Shown piece after piece: positions 1-12,072 of a stretch of 64,000 bases of DNA (the first letter of the stretch is position 1; every line of letters begins with the position of its first letter). Under the pieces are notes generated by a model that saw only the letters and a program-made list of their open reading frames with translations, was not told the DNA's origin and did no database searches. Source of the DNA: an uncultured bacterium (GTDB lineage Bacteria; Krumholzibacteriota; Krumholzibacteriia; JACNKJ01). The translations under genes were made by a program, and so were the position numbers. Location: contig CAVOFT010000001.1 in NCBI GenBank assembly GCA_963695095.1, forward strand, positions 1,504,001-1,568,000, given 5' to 3'.

Positions 1-1702
1 CTGGACAAGCAGGAGCGCATCGCCCGGGAGACGATGGAGATCTACGCGCCGCTCGCCCACCGCCTGGGCATCGGCCGGGTCAAGTGGCAGCTGGAGGACA
101 TGGCCTTCAAGTTCCTGGAGCCCGAGGCCTACGAGCGCGTCGCCGAGACGATGGGCATGCGGCGGGAGGGGCGCGAGAGCCTGATCGACGTCCATGCGCG
201 ACCGCATCCAGGCCGCCATGGACGAGAACGGCATCGAGTGCGCGGTGGAGGGGCGCGCCAAGCACCTCTACAGCGTCTGGCGCAAGATGCAGGACCAGCA
301 CCTGGGCGCGGACGAGATCCTGGACCTGATGGCCATCCGCATCATCACCGAGAGCGTGGCCGACTGCTATCACGCGCTCGGCGTGGTGCACACGCTCTTC
401 AAGCCGCTGCCCCAGCGCTTCAAGGACTACATCGCCACGCCCAAGCGCAACGGCTACCAGAGCCTGCACACGGCGGTGATCGGGGAGGACGGCAGCGTCT
501 TCGAGGTCCAGATCCGCACCTACCAGATGCACGAGATCGCCGAGTTCGGCATCGCCGCGCACTGGCGCTACAAGGCCGGCGCCGCCGGCGCCGAGAAGCT
601 CGAGGACCTGGGCACCAGCCGCGAGCTGGACTTCCTGCGCACCTTCCTCGACGAGCTCAAGGGCGGCGAGTGGAGCGAGGATCCCTCCGAGTTCATGGCC
701 CACCTGAAGATCAACCTGTTCCAGGACGGCATCTTCGTCTTCACGCCGCGCGGGGATCTGCACATCCTGCCCGTCGGCGCGACGGCGCTGGACTTCGCCT
801 ATGCCATCCACACGCAGGTGGGCGACCGCTGCATGGGCGCCAAGATCGACGGCAAGATCGTGCCCCTGCGCCGGCCGCTGGAGAGCGGCGAAGTGGTGGA
901 GATCCTCACGCGCAAGGACGCGCGGCCCAGCCGCGACTGGCTCGGCTACGTCAAGACGAGCAAGGCGGTCAGCCGCATCAAGCGGCGCCTGCGCGAAGGC
1001 GAGCTGGCCCAATCCCTGCTGCTCGGCCGCGAGCTGCTCGAGCGCGAGTTCAAGCGCCACCATCGGCCACCGCCCGATGAGGCGCAACTCGCCGCCGTGG
1101 CGGAGGCGCTCGGCGTGGAGAACGCGGAGCACGTGGTGGAGGGCGTCGGCCGGGGCAACCTCTCGGCGGCCTCGGTGCTGAACCGCGTCTACCCGCCCGA
1201 GGAGCGGGAGCCGGCGCTCTTCGACGAGGAGCGGGCCACCCGCATCCGCCGCGACTCGGTGCGCGGCGTGCGCGTTGAAGGCCACGGCAACCTGATGATC
1301 CGCTTCGCCGGCTGCTGCAGCCCGGTGCCGGGCGACGGCATCGTCGGCGTGGTCACCCGCGGCCGGGGCATCAGCGTGCACCGCAGCGACTGCCTGAACC
1401 TGGTCCAGGATCCCGGCCTCGAGGACCGGCGGGTGGCCGTCGAGTGGGATGTCGGCAAGAGCGAGACCTTCCTGGTCGGCCTCGAGGTGAGCGCGGAGGA
1501 TCGGCCCGACCTGCTCGTGGACATCACGGGCAAGATCTCCAAGACGGGCACCAACATCAGGAGCGGCAGCTTCGACCGCGACGAGCGCGACCTGCTCAAC
1601 CACTTCCACTTCACGCTCGAGGTGAAGGACACCGAGCAGATCGAGGAGATCCTGCGCCAGGTGCGCGGCGTGCGGGGGGTGCAGGATGTCTATCGCCGCT
1701 AG
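1..1702 (+). CDS. rel: Bifunctional (p)ppGpp synthetase/hydrolase RelA/SpoT, 5'-truncated by window, apparent frameshift near 190
   Basis: EIYAPLAHRLG in ORF 34; then GRAKHLYS, KDYIATPKRNGYQSLHT, EVQIRT, GIAAHWRYK, TGS and ACT domains in ORF 194..1702. Confidence 0.93.
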
Positions 1703-1735
1703 GGTCGCGGCCGGCCCCGCCGCCGGCGGCCCGCC

Positions 1736-2215
1736 GTGAGGGTCGTGGCGCAGCGGGTCGCGCGCGCGGCCGTGCGCGTCGAGGGCGAGACGGTGGGCGC
1801 CATCGAGCGCGGCCTCCTTCTGCTCTGCGCGTTCCAGGCCAGCGACGATACCGCGTGCGTGCAGTGGATGGCGGCCAAGCTGGCCGAGCTGCGCATCTTC
1901 CCAGATGCCGCGGGCAAGATGAACCGCTCCCTGCGCGAGGTGGGGGGCGCCGCGCTGGCGGTGAGCCAGTTCACGCTCTACGGCGACTGCCGCAAGGGCC
2001 GCCGGCCCAGCTTCGTGGGCTCGGCGCCGGCCGCCCAGGCCGCGGCGCTCTACGCGGAGTTCCTCGCCGCCCTGCGCGAGGAAGGGCTGCCGGTGGCCAG
2101 CGGCGTCTTCCAGGCGATGATGGAGGTCGAGCTGGTGAACGACGGCCCGGTCACGCTCATCCTGGATCGCGAGGCCCGGGACGCCGCTCCGCCGCCGTCC
2201 GGAGGCGAAGCGTGA
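1736..2215 (+). CDS. dtd: D-aminoacyl-tRNA deacylase
   Basis: MRVVAQRV, SQFTLYGD, GRRPSF, NDGPVT motifs; usual position after rel. Confidence 0.95.
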   Translation: MRVVAQRVARAAVRVEGETVGAIERGLLLLCAFQASDDTACVQWMAAKLAELRIFPDAAGKMNRSLREVGGAALAVSQFTLYGDCRKGRRPSFVGSAPAAQAAALYAEFLAALREEGLPVASGVFQAMMEVELVNDGPVTLILDREARDAAPPPSGGEA

Positions 2216-2819
2216 ATCCCTTCGTCCCCGCCCGCGTGCAGGCGGATCTGGTGCTGGCTTCGGCCAGCCCGCGGCGGCGGGAACTGCTGGCCGGCCTCGG
2301 CTTCGACTTCCGTGTGCTGCCCAGCGACTACCGCGAGGACGACGGGGACCTGGCGCCGGCCGCGGCGGCCCGCGCCCATGCGCGCGGCAAGGCCGAGGCG
2401 GTGGCGCTCAGCGAGCCCGGGGCCCTCGTCATCGGCGCCGACACCCTGGTGGTGGTCGATGAAACGGCCTTGGGCAAGCCCCGCGACGCCGACGAGGCCC
2501 GCGCCATGCTGCGCCGCCTGGCCGGGCGCGCCCACACGGTGATCACCGGCCTGGCTCTGGCCCGCTACGAGCCCGGCTGCCAGCGCCTGACGAGCCGCGT
2601 GGAGGCCAGCCTCAGCGAGGTGCGCTTCCGCGCGCTGGCCGAAGCCGAAATCGCCGCCTATGTCGCGAGCGGCGAGCCCTTCGACAAGGCCGGCGCCTAC
2701 GGCATCCAGGGCCTGGCCGCGCAGTTCGTCACCGGGATCACGGGCTGCTACTTCAACGTGATGGGCCTGCCGCTGGAGCTGCTCACGCGCATGCTCTGCG
2801 CCTGGGACGGGGAGGGACC

Positions 2820-2823
<4 letters not shown>
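2212..2823 (+). CDS. maf: Maf family nucleotide pyrophosphatase
   Basis: LVLASASPRRRELL, IGADT, LGKP, DKAGAYGIQ; GTG start overlaps dtd stop. Confidence 0.92.
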
Positions 2824-3922
<1,099 letters not shown>

Positions 3923-3926
<4 letters not shown>

Positions 3927-4396
3927 CCATGACCGAAGCTCTCGTCCTCAAGACCCTGCACGCGCTGGGCGCCATTCTGCTGATCGGCAATGGCATGGTG
4001 AGCGCTCTCTGGAAGGGCCTGGCCGACCGCACGGGCGATGCGCGCATCGTCGCCCGCGCCCAGCGCAGCGTGGCGGTGGCCGACTGGGTCTTCAGCCTGC
4101 CCGGCGCGCTGCTCCTGCTGGTAACGGGCCTTGCGCGCATGGGCGAACTCGGCGGCATGGGCGCCCAGCCCTGGATCCGCCGCGGACTGGAGATCTACGC
4201 GCTGGTGGTCCTGCTCTGGCTGGCCGTGCTGGTGCCTGTGCAGGCCAAGCAGGGCAAGCTGGCCAAGGCCTTCGGCGCGGGCGGCGAGATCCCGCCGGCC
4301 TACCGGCGGCTGCGCCTCATCTGGAATCTGGTGGGGGGCATCGTGCTGCTGCTCTTGCTTGCGGCGCTGGTGTTCATGGTGCTCAGGCCGCTCTAG
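3923..4396 (+). CDS. Small 4-TM membrane protein (DUF2269-like)
   Basis: LKTLH start, four hydrophobic segments, LMVxRP-type C-terminus. Confidence 0.6.
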
Positions 4397-4875
4397 CGCT
4401 CGGCCAGCAGGCGCCGGAGCTGGAAGGCGTGGCGCATCGGGTGCGTCACTGCGTGCTCGAGCATGGCGTCGATGCAGTAGGTCACGTTCCAGCGGGACTT
4501 GTACTCCTCGCCGAAGCGCTCCTCGTCGACCTCGACGAGCGGAGCGCGCCAGCCCGCCAGCACCTGTTCGAGGTAGCCGTCCGCTTCGGCCGCGATGCGC
4601 GCCACGGGCGGGGCCTCGGGGATGCCGGGCTCGGGCAGGCCGAGGCTCGCGCAGCACCAGACCATGTAGCCGCGGGCGCAGGCGAGCACGTGGCGCAGCA
4701 GGGTCTCCAGCGAGGCGTAGTCGGGATCTGCCGTCGCGGGCAGGGCCAGCTGCGTCGCGGCGGCCTCGCGCCACGCGGTGAGGAAGTCGCGCATCTGCTC
4801 CTCGTGCAGCAGCACGAGGGCGCGGGCGCCCTGGTACTGGTAGGCGGGCAGTGCGCTGGCTTCGGGCGCGGGCAT
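4393..4875 (-). CDS. DinB/YfiT-like putative metalloprotein
   Basis: His pattern LLRHV ... MLEHAVTHPMRHAFQL; SD upstream; follows pirin. Confidence 0.65.
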   Translation of the reverse strand: MPAPEASALPAYQYQGARALVLLHEEQMRDFLTAWREAAATQLALPATADPDYASLETLLRHVLACARGYMVWCCASLGLPEPGIPEAPPVARIAAEADGYLEQVLAGWRAPLVEVDEERFGEEYKSRWNVTYCIDAMLEHAVTHPMRHAFQLRRLLAER

Positions 4876-4883
4876 GGCGTCTC

Positions 4884-5790
4884 CTAGACCTCGAGAAAGG
4901 TGCCGCGATCGAGCTGGGCGTAGGCCTCGCGCAGCTCCTGATCGCTGTTCATCACGATGGGACCGCGCCAGGCGACGGGCTCCCTCAGCGGCCGGCCCGA
5001 GACGAGCAGGAAGCGCAGGCCCTCCGCGCCGGCGGTCACGACCACCTCGTCGCCCCGATCGAAGAGGACGAGTGCGCGATTGGCCGCGCTGAGCCCGGGG
5101 TCAGGGCCGTCGACGCCCGCCGCGTTCTCCGTGGGCATGGCTTGTGGCGCGGACGCCCCGCCGAAGCGGCCCTCCCCGGCGAAGACGTAGGCGAAGGCGC
5201 TCGCCTCCAGGGCGACGGGCAGGCGCCGCCGCCGCCCGGCCGGTACGTCGACATCCAGGTAGACCGGATCGGCGGCGATGCCCTCCACCGGGCCGCGCTT
5301 GCCCCAGAACTCGCCGCAGACGATGCGCACGCGCGTGCCGTCGTCGTCGACGAGTTCGGGAATGTCGGCGGCGGCAATCTCCTGATAGCGCGGCGCCGTC
5401 ATCTTGAGCGCGGCGGGCAGGTTGGCCCACAGCTGGAAGCCGTGCATGCGGCCGCTCGCGTCGCCCCTGGGCATCTCCTGGTGGAGGATGCCCCGGCCGG
5501 CCGTCATCCACTGGATGTCGCCGGCGCCGATCGACGCCGCGGTTGCCCAGGCTGTCGCCGTGGGCGACCTCGCCGGCGAGCACGTAGGTGATCGTCTCGA
5601 TGCCGCGATGGGGGTGCCAGGGGAAGCCGGCCTCGTAGTCCGCCGGCTGCTCGCCGCGGAAATCGTCGAGGAGCAGGAAGGGGTCGGTCGCCGCCGTGTC
5701 GCCGAAGCCGAAGGCCCGCCTGAGCCGCACGCCCGCGCCCTCGAGGGTTGGCCGCGACTCGGTGAGTCGCTTCACGGGTCGAATGGACAC
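4884..5790 (-). CDS. Pirin family protein, apparent frameshift near 5533
   Basis: DPFLLLD, GFPWHPHRGIETITY, HGDSLGN in ORF 5101..5790; QWMTAGRGILHQE, QLWANLP, GPIVMN in ORF 4884..5507. Confidence 0.9.
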
Positions 5791-5923
5791 GGTCGACTCC
5801 TTTCGCTCCGGGTCAGTGGCCGGCAGCGCGACACGCGTGATGCCGCCGGTGCATTGCGCGGTCGCCGGGACCTCTCGCGCGCGCCTGTGAAGCGGCGCCA
5901 GCGCGGGAGGTCCCGGCGACCGC

Positions 5924-8005
5924 TTATTTCACGAGCAGCATCTTGCGCGTCGCGCTGCCGTCGGCGGTCACGAGGCGGTAGAAGTAGACGCCCGAGCCCA
6001 CGGACTTGCCCGCGGCGTCGCGGCCGTCCCACTCGACCTCGTTGTCACCGGCGGCGAAGTCGCCGTCGGCGAGGACAGCCAGCCGGCGGCCGGCGACGTC
6101 GAAGACGCTAAGCGTCGCCTGGCCCGCGGCGGGCAGCGTGAAGCGGATCGTCGTCTTCGGGTTGAAGGGGTTGGGGCTGTTCTGCGCCAAGAGCAAACCG
6201 GCGGCCGGCGTGCCGCCCTCGCCGCCCGGCACCGCCGTCAGGTCCTCGACGATGTTGTGGTGCGCGAACTTCTGCGTGAAGACCGCCGCATGCGGCTGGC
6301 CGGGCTGCAGGGCCTGGGCCGCCGCGATCGTGGCGTAGGCCAGATCGCGCATCTTGGGCCCGAAGCCGATGCCGAAGTGGGACTCGAGCACGATCTGATC
6401 CACGCTGTCGCGCGTCTGGCCGTGGGTGCCGACCAGGGTGATCAGGCTCTGGAAGAGCGGCGTCGACCACAGCTCGTCGCTCTGGCCGCCGGGGATGCTC
6501 TGGTGGGCGCCGTAGGTGGTGCTGTGCACGTAGACCAGGTTCAGCTTGTTCATCAAGCGGCCGGACCAGCACAGGTTGCCCGTGCCGTGGCCGTCCCAGG
6601 AGAAGATCCACTCCGGGTGGTAGATGGCGCCGTTGGGCGTGCTGTAGCTGTAGGAGCCCGCCCAGTAGTCGCCGAAGCCCTCGCCGATGCCGCCCGTGTC
6701 GCCGCCGCTCCAGTTGCTGTTGATGCTGTAGTGGATGGCGTGGCCGTACTCGTGCAGCATGACGTCGCTGTCCTCGCTGTCGTCCACGCAGCCGTGGCCG
6801 AAGGACATGCGATTCGTACCGGAGGTGTAGTAGGAGTTGTCGGCGCCGTTGACGCCGTCGGTGTCGGTGCCGATCGAGCCCTCCTGGATGCCGGTGGCGC
6901 CGGTGAAGCCGAGCGCCTGCATGTAGCGCTGGTTCTGGTCGATCATGAAGTAGGTCATCGCGTCATTGAAGGCGTTGTTGCCGCGCGTGGCCGTCCAGTT
7001 GCCGTCGACCGTCGTGCTGGGCGCCGTTGCCGGCGGATCCCAGTTGATGATGTTCACCCAGGGGCCGGTCACGCGATAGAGGCCGCCGCTGAGGGTGATG
7101 TCATTCAAAGTGCGCGTGAAGTAGGCGGCCGTGAAGCTGGAGGCCGGGCTGCCGTCCTGCAGGCCGTCGTTCATCAGCGTGGCGCGAGGGTCGGGATCGA
7201 AGACGACGCCCGATCCGGTGGCGCGGCTGCCGCCCGCGGGGGCGCTCTCCAGCGTGGCGCGGGCCGCGAAGCGGGCGAAGGCCGCGGCGCGGTCGCCGGC
7301 CGGCCCGGCCAGGGCGCCGATGCGCTCGGCGGGCGTGGCCGTCGTGAAGTCGTCCGCCACGCGATAGAGGCGGCTGTCCGCGATGCCGAGCAGCTCGCCG
7401 CTGATGGCGTCCACCGTGAGCGCCCAGTGGCCGTAGGGTTCGGCGACCTCGAGCGCGAGCTGCCAGACGAGCCGGGGATGGCCGTCCGCCGCCTGCCAGA
7501 GCAGCGTCGCGCCGGGCGCGCTGAGCAGCTCGCCGCGCGCCCGCAGGGTCTGCCAGACGATCTCGTAAGCGGCCTCGCTGTCCAGGTGGGCGGTCGCGTC
7601 GGGCCGCTCGCTCAGGGGGTAGTAGTTGTTGTAGCTCTGGTAGACGCGGCCGTCCGCCTTGGCGATGGAGACGATCACCTCGCCGTGCTCGACGGCGAGG
7701 CCGGCCAGACGCTGCGCGAAGTGGTAGTGCGTGCCCAGCAGGCTCTCCTGGACGCTGGCCAGCTCGAGGTCGGTTAGATCCGTGGCGAGGCGGAAGCTCG
7801 CCACGCGGTCGGCGAGGAAGGCGCGGGCCAGCGCCTCGCCGGCCAGGTCGCCGGGCTGGCTCCAGGCGGGCTCGATCTGCAGCCGCGGCGTGCCGCGCCA
7901 GTCGTCGTGCCGAGTGTCGGGGAGCGTGCCGGCGGCCATGGCGGCCGCCGGCAAGACGACGGCGAGCAGGCAGAGCGCGAGGAGGCGGTGCGGGTTGCGC
8001 AGCAT
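5924..8005 (-). CDS. Secreted M36 (fungalysin)/M4-like zinc metalloprotease with propeptide and C-terminal T9SS-CTD/FlgD-Ig-like domain
   Basis: Signal peptide from ATG 8005 with GGAG SD; HEYGH then GEGFGD; C-terminal QNSPNPFNP...WDGRD...SGVYFYRL...KMLLVK. Confidence 0.82.
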   Translation of the reverse strand: MLRNPHRLLALCLLAVVLPAAAMAAGTLPDTRHDDWRGTPRLQIEPAWSQPGDLAGEALARAFLADRVASFRLATDLTDLELASVQESLLGTHYHFAQRLAGLAVEHGEVIVSIAKADGRVYQSYNNYYPLSERPDATAHLDSEAAYEIVWQTLRARGELLSAPGATLLWQAADGHPRLVWQLALEVAEPYGHWALTVDAISGELLGIADSRLYRVADDFTTATPAERIGALAGPAGDRAAAFARFAARATLESAPAGGSRATGSGVVFDPDPRATLMNDGLQDGSPASSFTAAYFTRTLNDITLSGGLYRVTGPWVNIINWDPPATAPSTTVDGNWTATRGNNAFNDAMTYFMIDQNQRYMQALGFTGATGIQEGSIGTDTDGVNGADNSYYTSGTNRMSFGHGCVDDSEDSDVMLHEYGHAIHYSINSNWSGGDTGGIGEGFGDYWAGSYSYSTPNGAIYHPEWIFSWDGHGTGNLCWSGRLMNKLNLVYVHSTTYGAHQSIPGGQSDELWSTPLFQSLITLVGTHGQTRDSVDQIVLESHFGIGFGPKMRDLAYATIAAAQALQPGQPHAAVFTQKFAHHNIVEDLTAVPGGEGGTPAAGLLLAQNSPNPFNPKTTIRFTLPAAGQATLSVFDVAGRRLAVLADGDFAAGDNEVEWDGRDAAGKSVGSGVYFYRLVTADGSATRKMLLVK

Positions 8006-8080
8006 GGTGGTCTCCGGGGCTGGGGCGGGGAGCTGGGGCAGGCACGCTGGACGCGCGTTACGAGAAAACGAGATCCTCCA

Positions 8081-8109
8081 ATTATCCCAGATTCGCGCGC
8101 TTCTGGCAA
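8081..8109 (-). promoter_or_regulatory. Putative sigma70 promoter of protease gene
   Basis: Minus strand TTGCCA-N17-GATAAT. Confidence 0.55.
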
Positions 8110-8137
8110 GCTCGCGGGTGGGGGCGGGGCGGTCCCG

Positions 8138-8167
8138 TTGACAGCGCAAAAAACGCTGTGCTAGCGT
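8138..8167 (+). promoter_or_regulatory. Putative sigma70 promoter of TBDR cassette, with inverted repeat in spacer
   Basis: TTGACA-N18-TAGCGT with extended TG; ACAGCG-N7-CGCTGT at 8141-8159. Confidence 0.55.
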
Positions 8168-8227
8168 GCACTACGCGAGCGGTTTCCTTCGCCCGCGCCT
8201 GTGCCGCCCTCGCCAAGGAAAGCCCAG

Positions 8228-11083
8228 ATGCTGTCTTCGGCGCCCCGGCCGCTTCGGGCGGCCCTCATCGTCCTCGCTCTGCTCAGCCTGGCCGGGCCCC
8301 TGCCCCAGGCAGCCTTCGCGCAGGCCGACGGCGCCACGCTGACCGGCGTCCTCCTCGATGCCGCTACCGGCAAGCCGCTCGCCTACGGCAACATCGTCCT
8401 GCTCGGCACGCAGTTCGGCGGCATGAGCCTGGACGACGGCACCTTCCTCATCACCCAGATCCCGCCCGGCACCTACACGGTGCGCGCCAGCTACATGGGC
8501 TACAGGATGGCCGAGCGCACGCTGGTGCGGCTGCGCAACGGCACCGTGCTCGAGATCGAGTTCGACCTCGAGCCGACGGTGATCCAGACCGAGAAGATCA
8601 CCGTCTTCGGCGAGAAACCCCTGGTGGACGTGACCGAGGCCAGCAGCACCAAGAACCTGGCGGCCGACGAGATCGGCAAGATGCCGGTGGAGACGGTGGA
8701 AGAGGTGGTGGTCACCCAGCCCGGCGTGGTCAAGCAGGACGATGAGTTGCACATCCGCGGCGGCCGCGCGGACGAGACCCTGGTGCTCGTCGACGGCGTG
8801 CCGATGAAGGACGCGCTCGCCGGCACGAGCAGCGCCAAGGGCATCGACTCCAAGTCGGTTTCCAACCTGGACCTGATCACCGGCGGCTGGCGGGCCGAGT
8901 ACGGCGACGCCATGGCGGGCGTGATCAACGTCACGCTCAAGGAGGGCGGCGAGACCTTCAGCGGCTTCGCCGAGTACGGCATCGACCACTTGCCGGGCGT
9001 GGTCACGGACTGGGAGCACTATTACACCGACACCTACAAGTTCCAGCTCAGCGGCCCGCTGCCGGGCAGCGGCACCTGGTTTCCCGGCGAGCGGCTGAGC
9101 TTCTTCGCCAACTTCGCCGGCGAGCTGCTCGACACGCGCTATCCCAACATCCGCGACATGCCGGGCGGCGGCCGCAACCTGAACACCCGCTACGAGGACA
9201 GCTTCCTCGGCCTGCCGATCATCTGGCAGAGCGGCAGCGCGGCGCCCCGACAGAACAACGAGTGGAATCTGACGGGCAAGTTCGCCTGGAAGCTGAATCG
9301 CGACCACAAGCTCAGCCTGACGATGACCAAGTACCTGGCCATGGACCAGGGCTTCGACCGCCACGACATCAGCGACCTCACGCGCGAGAGCAACAAGTAC
9401 CCCTACCAGTGGTCGCAGTACCTGGATCACTACAGTGCCTTCGTCGAGGACCGCAACACGGCCGTGCTCAACTACCGGCAGAACTTCGCCGGCAACATGT
9501 TCCAGGAGCTGCAGCTTTCCCGCTTCTTCGTGCGCATCCGCCAGAATTCGCAGCTGCCGGAGCAGGCGGACCTGCGCGACTACCTCGCCCAGTACGCGCC
9601 GCAGGTCTACGACTGGCCGGACCCGGCCCAGGGCGACGACTGGCGCTTCCATCCCTACTTCTACCTGAACGGGGACTACAACCAGTACCGCGACCGCTAC
9701 GTCGAGCGCTGGACGGGCAAGTGGGCGCTGACGAAGAAGTGGTATCCGCATCACCAGGGCAAGGTGGGCCTGGGCGTCGACTACGAGACGATCCAGAACA
9801 TCGAAATCCGCGACCCCTGGATCCAGCGCGCCGACGGACTCGGCCGCAAGGACATCTTCCGCGCTCATCCGACCAAGGCCGAGCTCTATGTCCAGGACGA
9901 CATCGAGTACAAGGGCTTCGTCGCCAACGTCGGGATGCGCTCGGACTTCTGGTTTCCCGGCCAGATGGCCGAGCGCGCGGCCCAGGCGGCCATCGACGGC
10001 ACGGCGGGGGATCTGTTCAGCGCCGAGGTCGGTGAGCAGTACTTCGCCGAGACCCAGTCCTTCTTCGGCAATCGCTACAAGTACACGGTGAGCCCGCGGG
10101 TGGCCGTCAGCTATCCGGTCAGCGAACGGGACAACCTCTTCTTCAACTACGGCCACTTCAGCCAGTGGCCCACCTACTACTACGTCTACACCCACGTCGC
10201 CAGCGGCGTGGAGGACCTCTTCGGCAATCTGGGCAACATCAACCTGGATCCGCAGATCACCATCCAGTACGAGCTGGGCGCGCGGCGCACCTTTCGCGAC
10301 GGCCTCGCGGGCGACGTGACGGTGTTCGTCAAGGACATCTTCAACTACCCGACCAGCGAGCGCTTCACGGTGCAGTACTACGATCCGGTGGAGGGCAGCA
10401 AGGAGGCCACCTACTTCCTCTACCGCAACAGCGACTACTCCCGCAGCCGCGGCGTCGAGCTCTCCCTGCGCAAGCGGCGGGGCCGCTACCTCTCCGGTTC
10501 GCTGAACTACACCTACTCCATCGCCACCGGGCGCAGCAGCGACCCCAATGCGCAGCGCGAGCAATACATCGGCGGCGCCACCGGCGAGGTCGAGCTGGGC
10601 GAGGGCTTCCTCTGGTGGAACCGGCCGCACAGCGTCAGCGCCACCTTCGACTACCGCGTGGATGAGCACCGCGGCCCGCGACTCCTCGGCCTGCCGCTGC
10701 CCGGCCACTGGGGCATCAACGGCTACTACAGCCTCTCCAGCGGTCGCGCCTACACCAAGCAGGATCTCTCGGGCCAGCCGATCAGCGAGGACTACGCGCA
10801 CAACGGACCGATCGAGCAGAATCTCAATCTGAAGCTGCAGAAGTGGGTGCTCTGGGGGAACTACCGGATCGATTTCACGCTGCAGGGGTGGAACGTCTTC
10901 AACTGGAACCAGCCGCGCAGCGTCGATCCCATGACCGGCGAGCCTTACCGGGACGGCGCCGGCAGCTACCTCAACCCGCCCACGGATCCCGATGCGCGCC
11001 TGGCCCGCTACCTGTCGCTGGCCGATCCCTCGCGCCTGGGCGCGCCGCGCCGCTTCAAGTTCAGCATGGGGGTGAACTTCTGA
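8228..11083 (+). CDS. TonB-dependent outer-membrane receptor with N-terminal carboxypeptidase-regulatory-like domain
   Basis: Signal peptide; DGTFLITQIPPGTYTVRASYMGY; plug motifs HIRGGRADE and TGGWRAEYGDAMAGVIN; SPRVAVSYP, FFNYGHFSQ; C-terminal Phe. Confidence 0.9.
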   Translation: MLSSAPRPLRAALIVLALLSLAGPLPQAAFAQADGATLTGVLLDAATGKPLAYGNIVLLGTQFGGMSLDDGTFLITQIPPGTYTVRASYMGYRMAERTLVRLRNGTVLEIEFDLEPTVIQTEKITVFGEKPLVDVTEASSTKNLAADEIGKMPVETVEEVVVTQPGVVKQDDELHIRGGRADETLVLVDGVPMKDALAGTSSAKGIDSKSVSNLDLITGGWRAEYGDAMAGVINVTLKEGGETFSGFAEYGIDHLPGVVTDWEHYYTDTYKFQLSGPLPGSGTWFPGERLSFFANFAGELLDTRYPNIRDMPGGGRNLNTRYEDSFLGLPIIWQSGSAAPRQNNEWNLTGKFAWKLNRDHKLSLTMTKYLAMDQGFDRHDISDLTRESNKYPYQWSQYLDHYSAFVEDRNTAVLNYRQNFAGNMFQELQLSRFFVRIRQNSQLPEQADLRDYLAQYAPQVYDWPDPAQGDDWRFHPYFYLNGDYNQYRDRYVERWTGKWALTKKWYPHHQGKVGLGVDYETIQNIEIRDPWIQRADGLGRKDIFRAHPTKAELYVQDDIEYKGFVANVGMRSDFWFPGQMAERAAQAAIDGTAGDLFSAEVGEQYFAETQSFFGNRYKYTVSPRVAVSYPVSERDNLFFNYGHFSQWPTYYYVYTHVASGVEDLFGNLGNINLDPQITIQYELGARRTFRDGLAGDVTVFVKDIFNYPTSERFTVQYYDPVEGSKEATYFLYRNSDYSRSRGVELSLRKRRGRYLSGSLNYTYSIATGRSSDPNAQREQYIGGATGEVELGEGFLWWNRPHSVSATFDYRVDEHRGPRLLGLPLPGHWGINGYYSLSSGRAYTKQDLSGQPISEDYAHNGPIEQNLNLKLQKWVLWGNYRIDFTLQGWNVFNWNQPRSVDPMTGEPYRDGAGSYLNPPTDPDARLARYLSLADPSRLGAPRRFKFSMGVNF

Positions 11084-12072
11084 TGCGCCGCGCGCTCGTC
11101 GCCCTCTGCCTGCTCGCCCTCGCCGCCGGCTCCGCGCCGGCCGTGCAGGAGCTGGGCGGCCTGCGCGTGGCAACCAGCAGCGGCACCTTCCTGAAGATCG
11201 ACATCAGCCCGCGGGCCGCGGCCATGGGCGGCGCCTGGGTGGCCGTCGCCAGCGACGCCACGGCGGTCTGGTACAACCCCGCCGGTCTGGGCCAGCTGCC
11301 CCATCGGCAGTTCTTCGCCAGCTACGTGGCCTGGCCGGCGGACATCCACTACGCCAATGCGCTCCTCAGCCTGCCGCAGCCGCTGCTCCGCGGCAACGTC
11401 GCCTTCCAGATCGGCAGCCTGAGCACGAGCATCGACGAGACGGACGAGTACCACCCCTACGGCACCGGGCGCAGCTTCCGCTTCAGCGACCTGGTGCTCG
11501 GCGCCGCCTACGCGCGCCCGATGACCGATCAGCTCTACCTCGGCGTGGCGCTCAAGTACGTCCGCGAGGATCTCGGCTCGGCCATCGGCGGGCCGGTGAC
11601 CAACGCCTGGACCGTCGACGTGGGCACGCTCTACCACATTCCCTACCTCAACACGCGCATCGGCATGGCCATCACCAACTTCGGGCCCGAGTTCAAGCCG
11701 GCGGGCAGCTACTGGAACCACAGCGAGGAGAAGAGCGAGGAGTACGAGGGCTTCCCGCCGCCCTCGACCTTCAAGCTGGGCCTGGCCTTCGAGCCCTGGA
11801 AGCGCTATCCGTGGCTGCTCACGCAGAGCCTCGAGATGAACCACCTGGCCGACAACCAGGAGACCCTGGCCACGGGCTTCGAGCTGAGCTACCTCGGCGG
11901 CCTGCTTGCGCTGCGCTCGGGCTACAACTTCATGGCCGACGAGATGGGGATCGCCGCCGGCTTCGGCGCCAACTTCATGCTCAGCGGCGCCATGGCCGGG
12001 CTCGACTACGCCTTCACCGACGGCAACAGCCTGGGCGGCATCCACCGCTGGGCGATCCGGGTGGACTTCTGA
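11083..12072 (+). CDS. PorV/PorQ-family (FadL-like) outer-membrane beta-barrel
   Basis: FLKIDISPRAAAMGGAWVAVASDATAVWYNPAGL signature; C-terminal IRVDF; TGATG coupling to TBDR. Confidence 0.82.
   Translation: MRRALVALCLLALAAGSAPAVQELGGLRVATSSGTFLKIDISPRAAAMGGAWVAVASDATAVWYNPAGLGQLPHRQFFASYVAWPADIHYANALLSLPQPLLRGNVAFQIGSLSTSIDETDEYHPYGTGRSFRFSDLVLGAAYARPMTDQLYLGVALKYVREDLGSAIGGPVTNAWTVDVGTLYHIPYLNTRIGMAITNFGPEFKPAGSYWNHSEEKSEEYEGFPPPSTFKLGLAFEPWKRYPWLLTQSLEMNHLADNQETLATGFELSYLGGLLALRSGYNFMADEMGIAAGFGANFMLSGAMAGLDYAFTDGNSLGGIHRWAIRVDF

Noticed and set aside
4884..5790. Programmed frameshifting in pirin and other split genes
   Set aside because: No slippery heptamer at the switch points and these families are not known to be recoded; sequencing error is simpler.
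8171..11173. Very long opposite-strand ORFs (e.g. 8171..11173, 13000..15339, 37381..40896, 40379..42871)
   Set aside because: Antisense shadows of real genes, expected at this GC content; no recognisable motifs.
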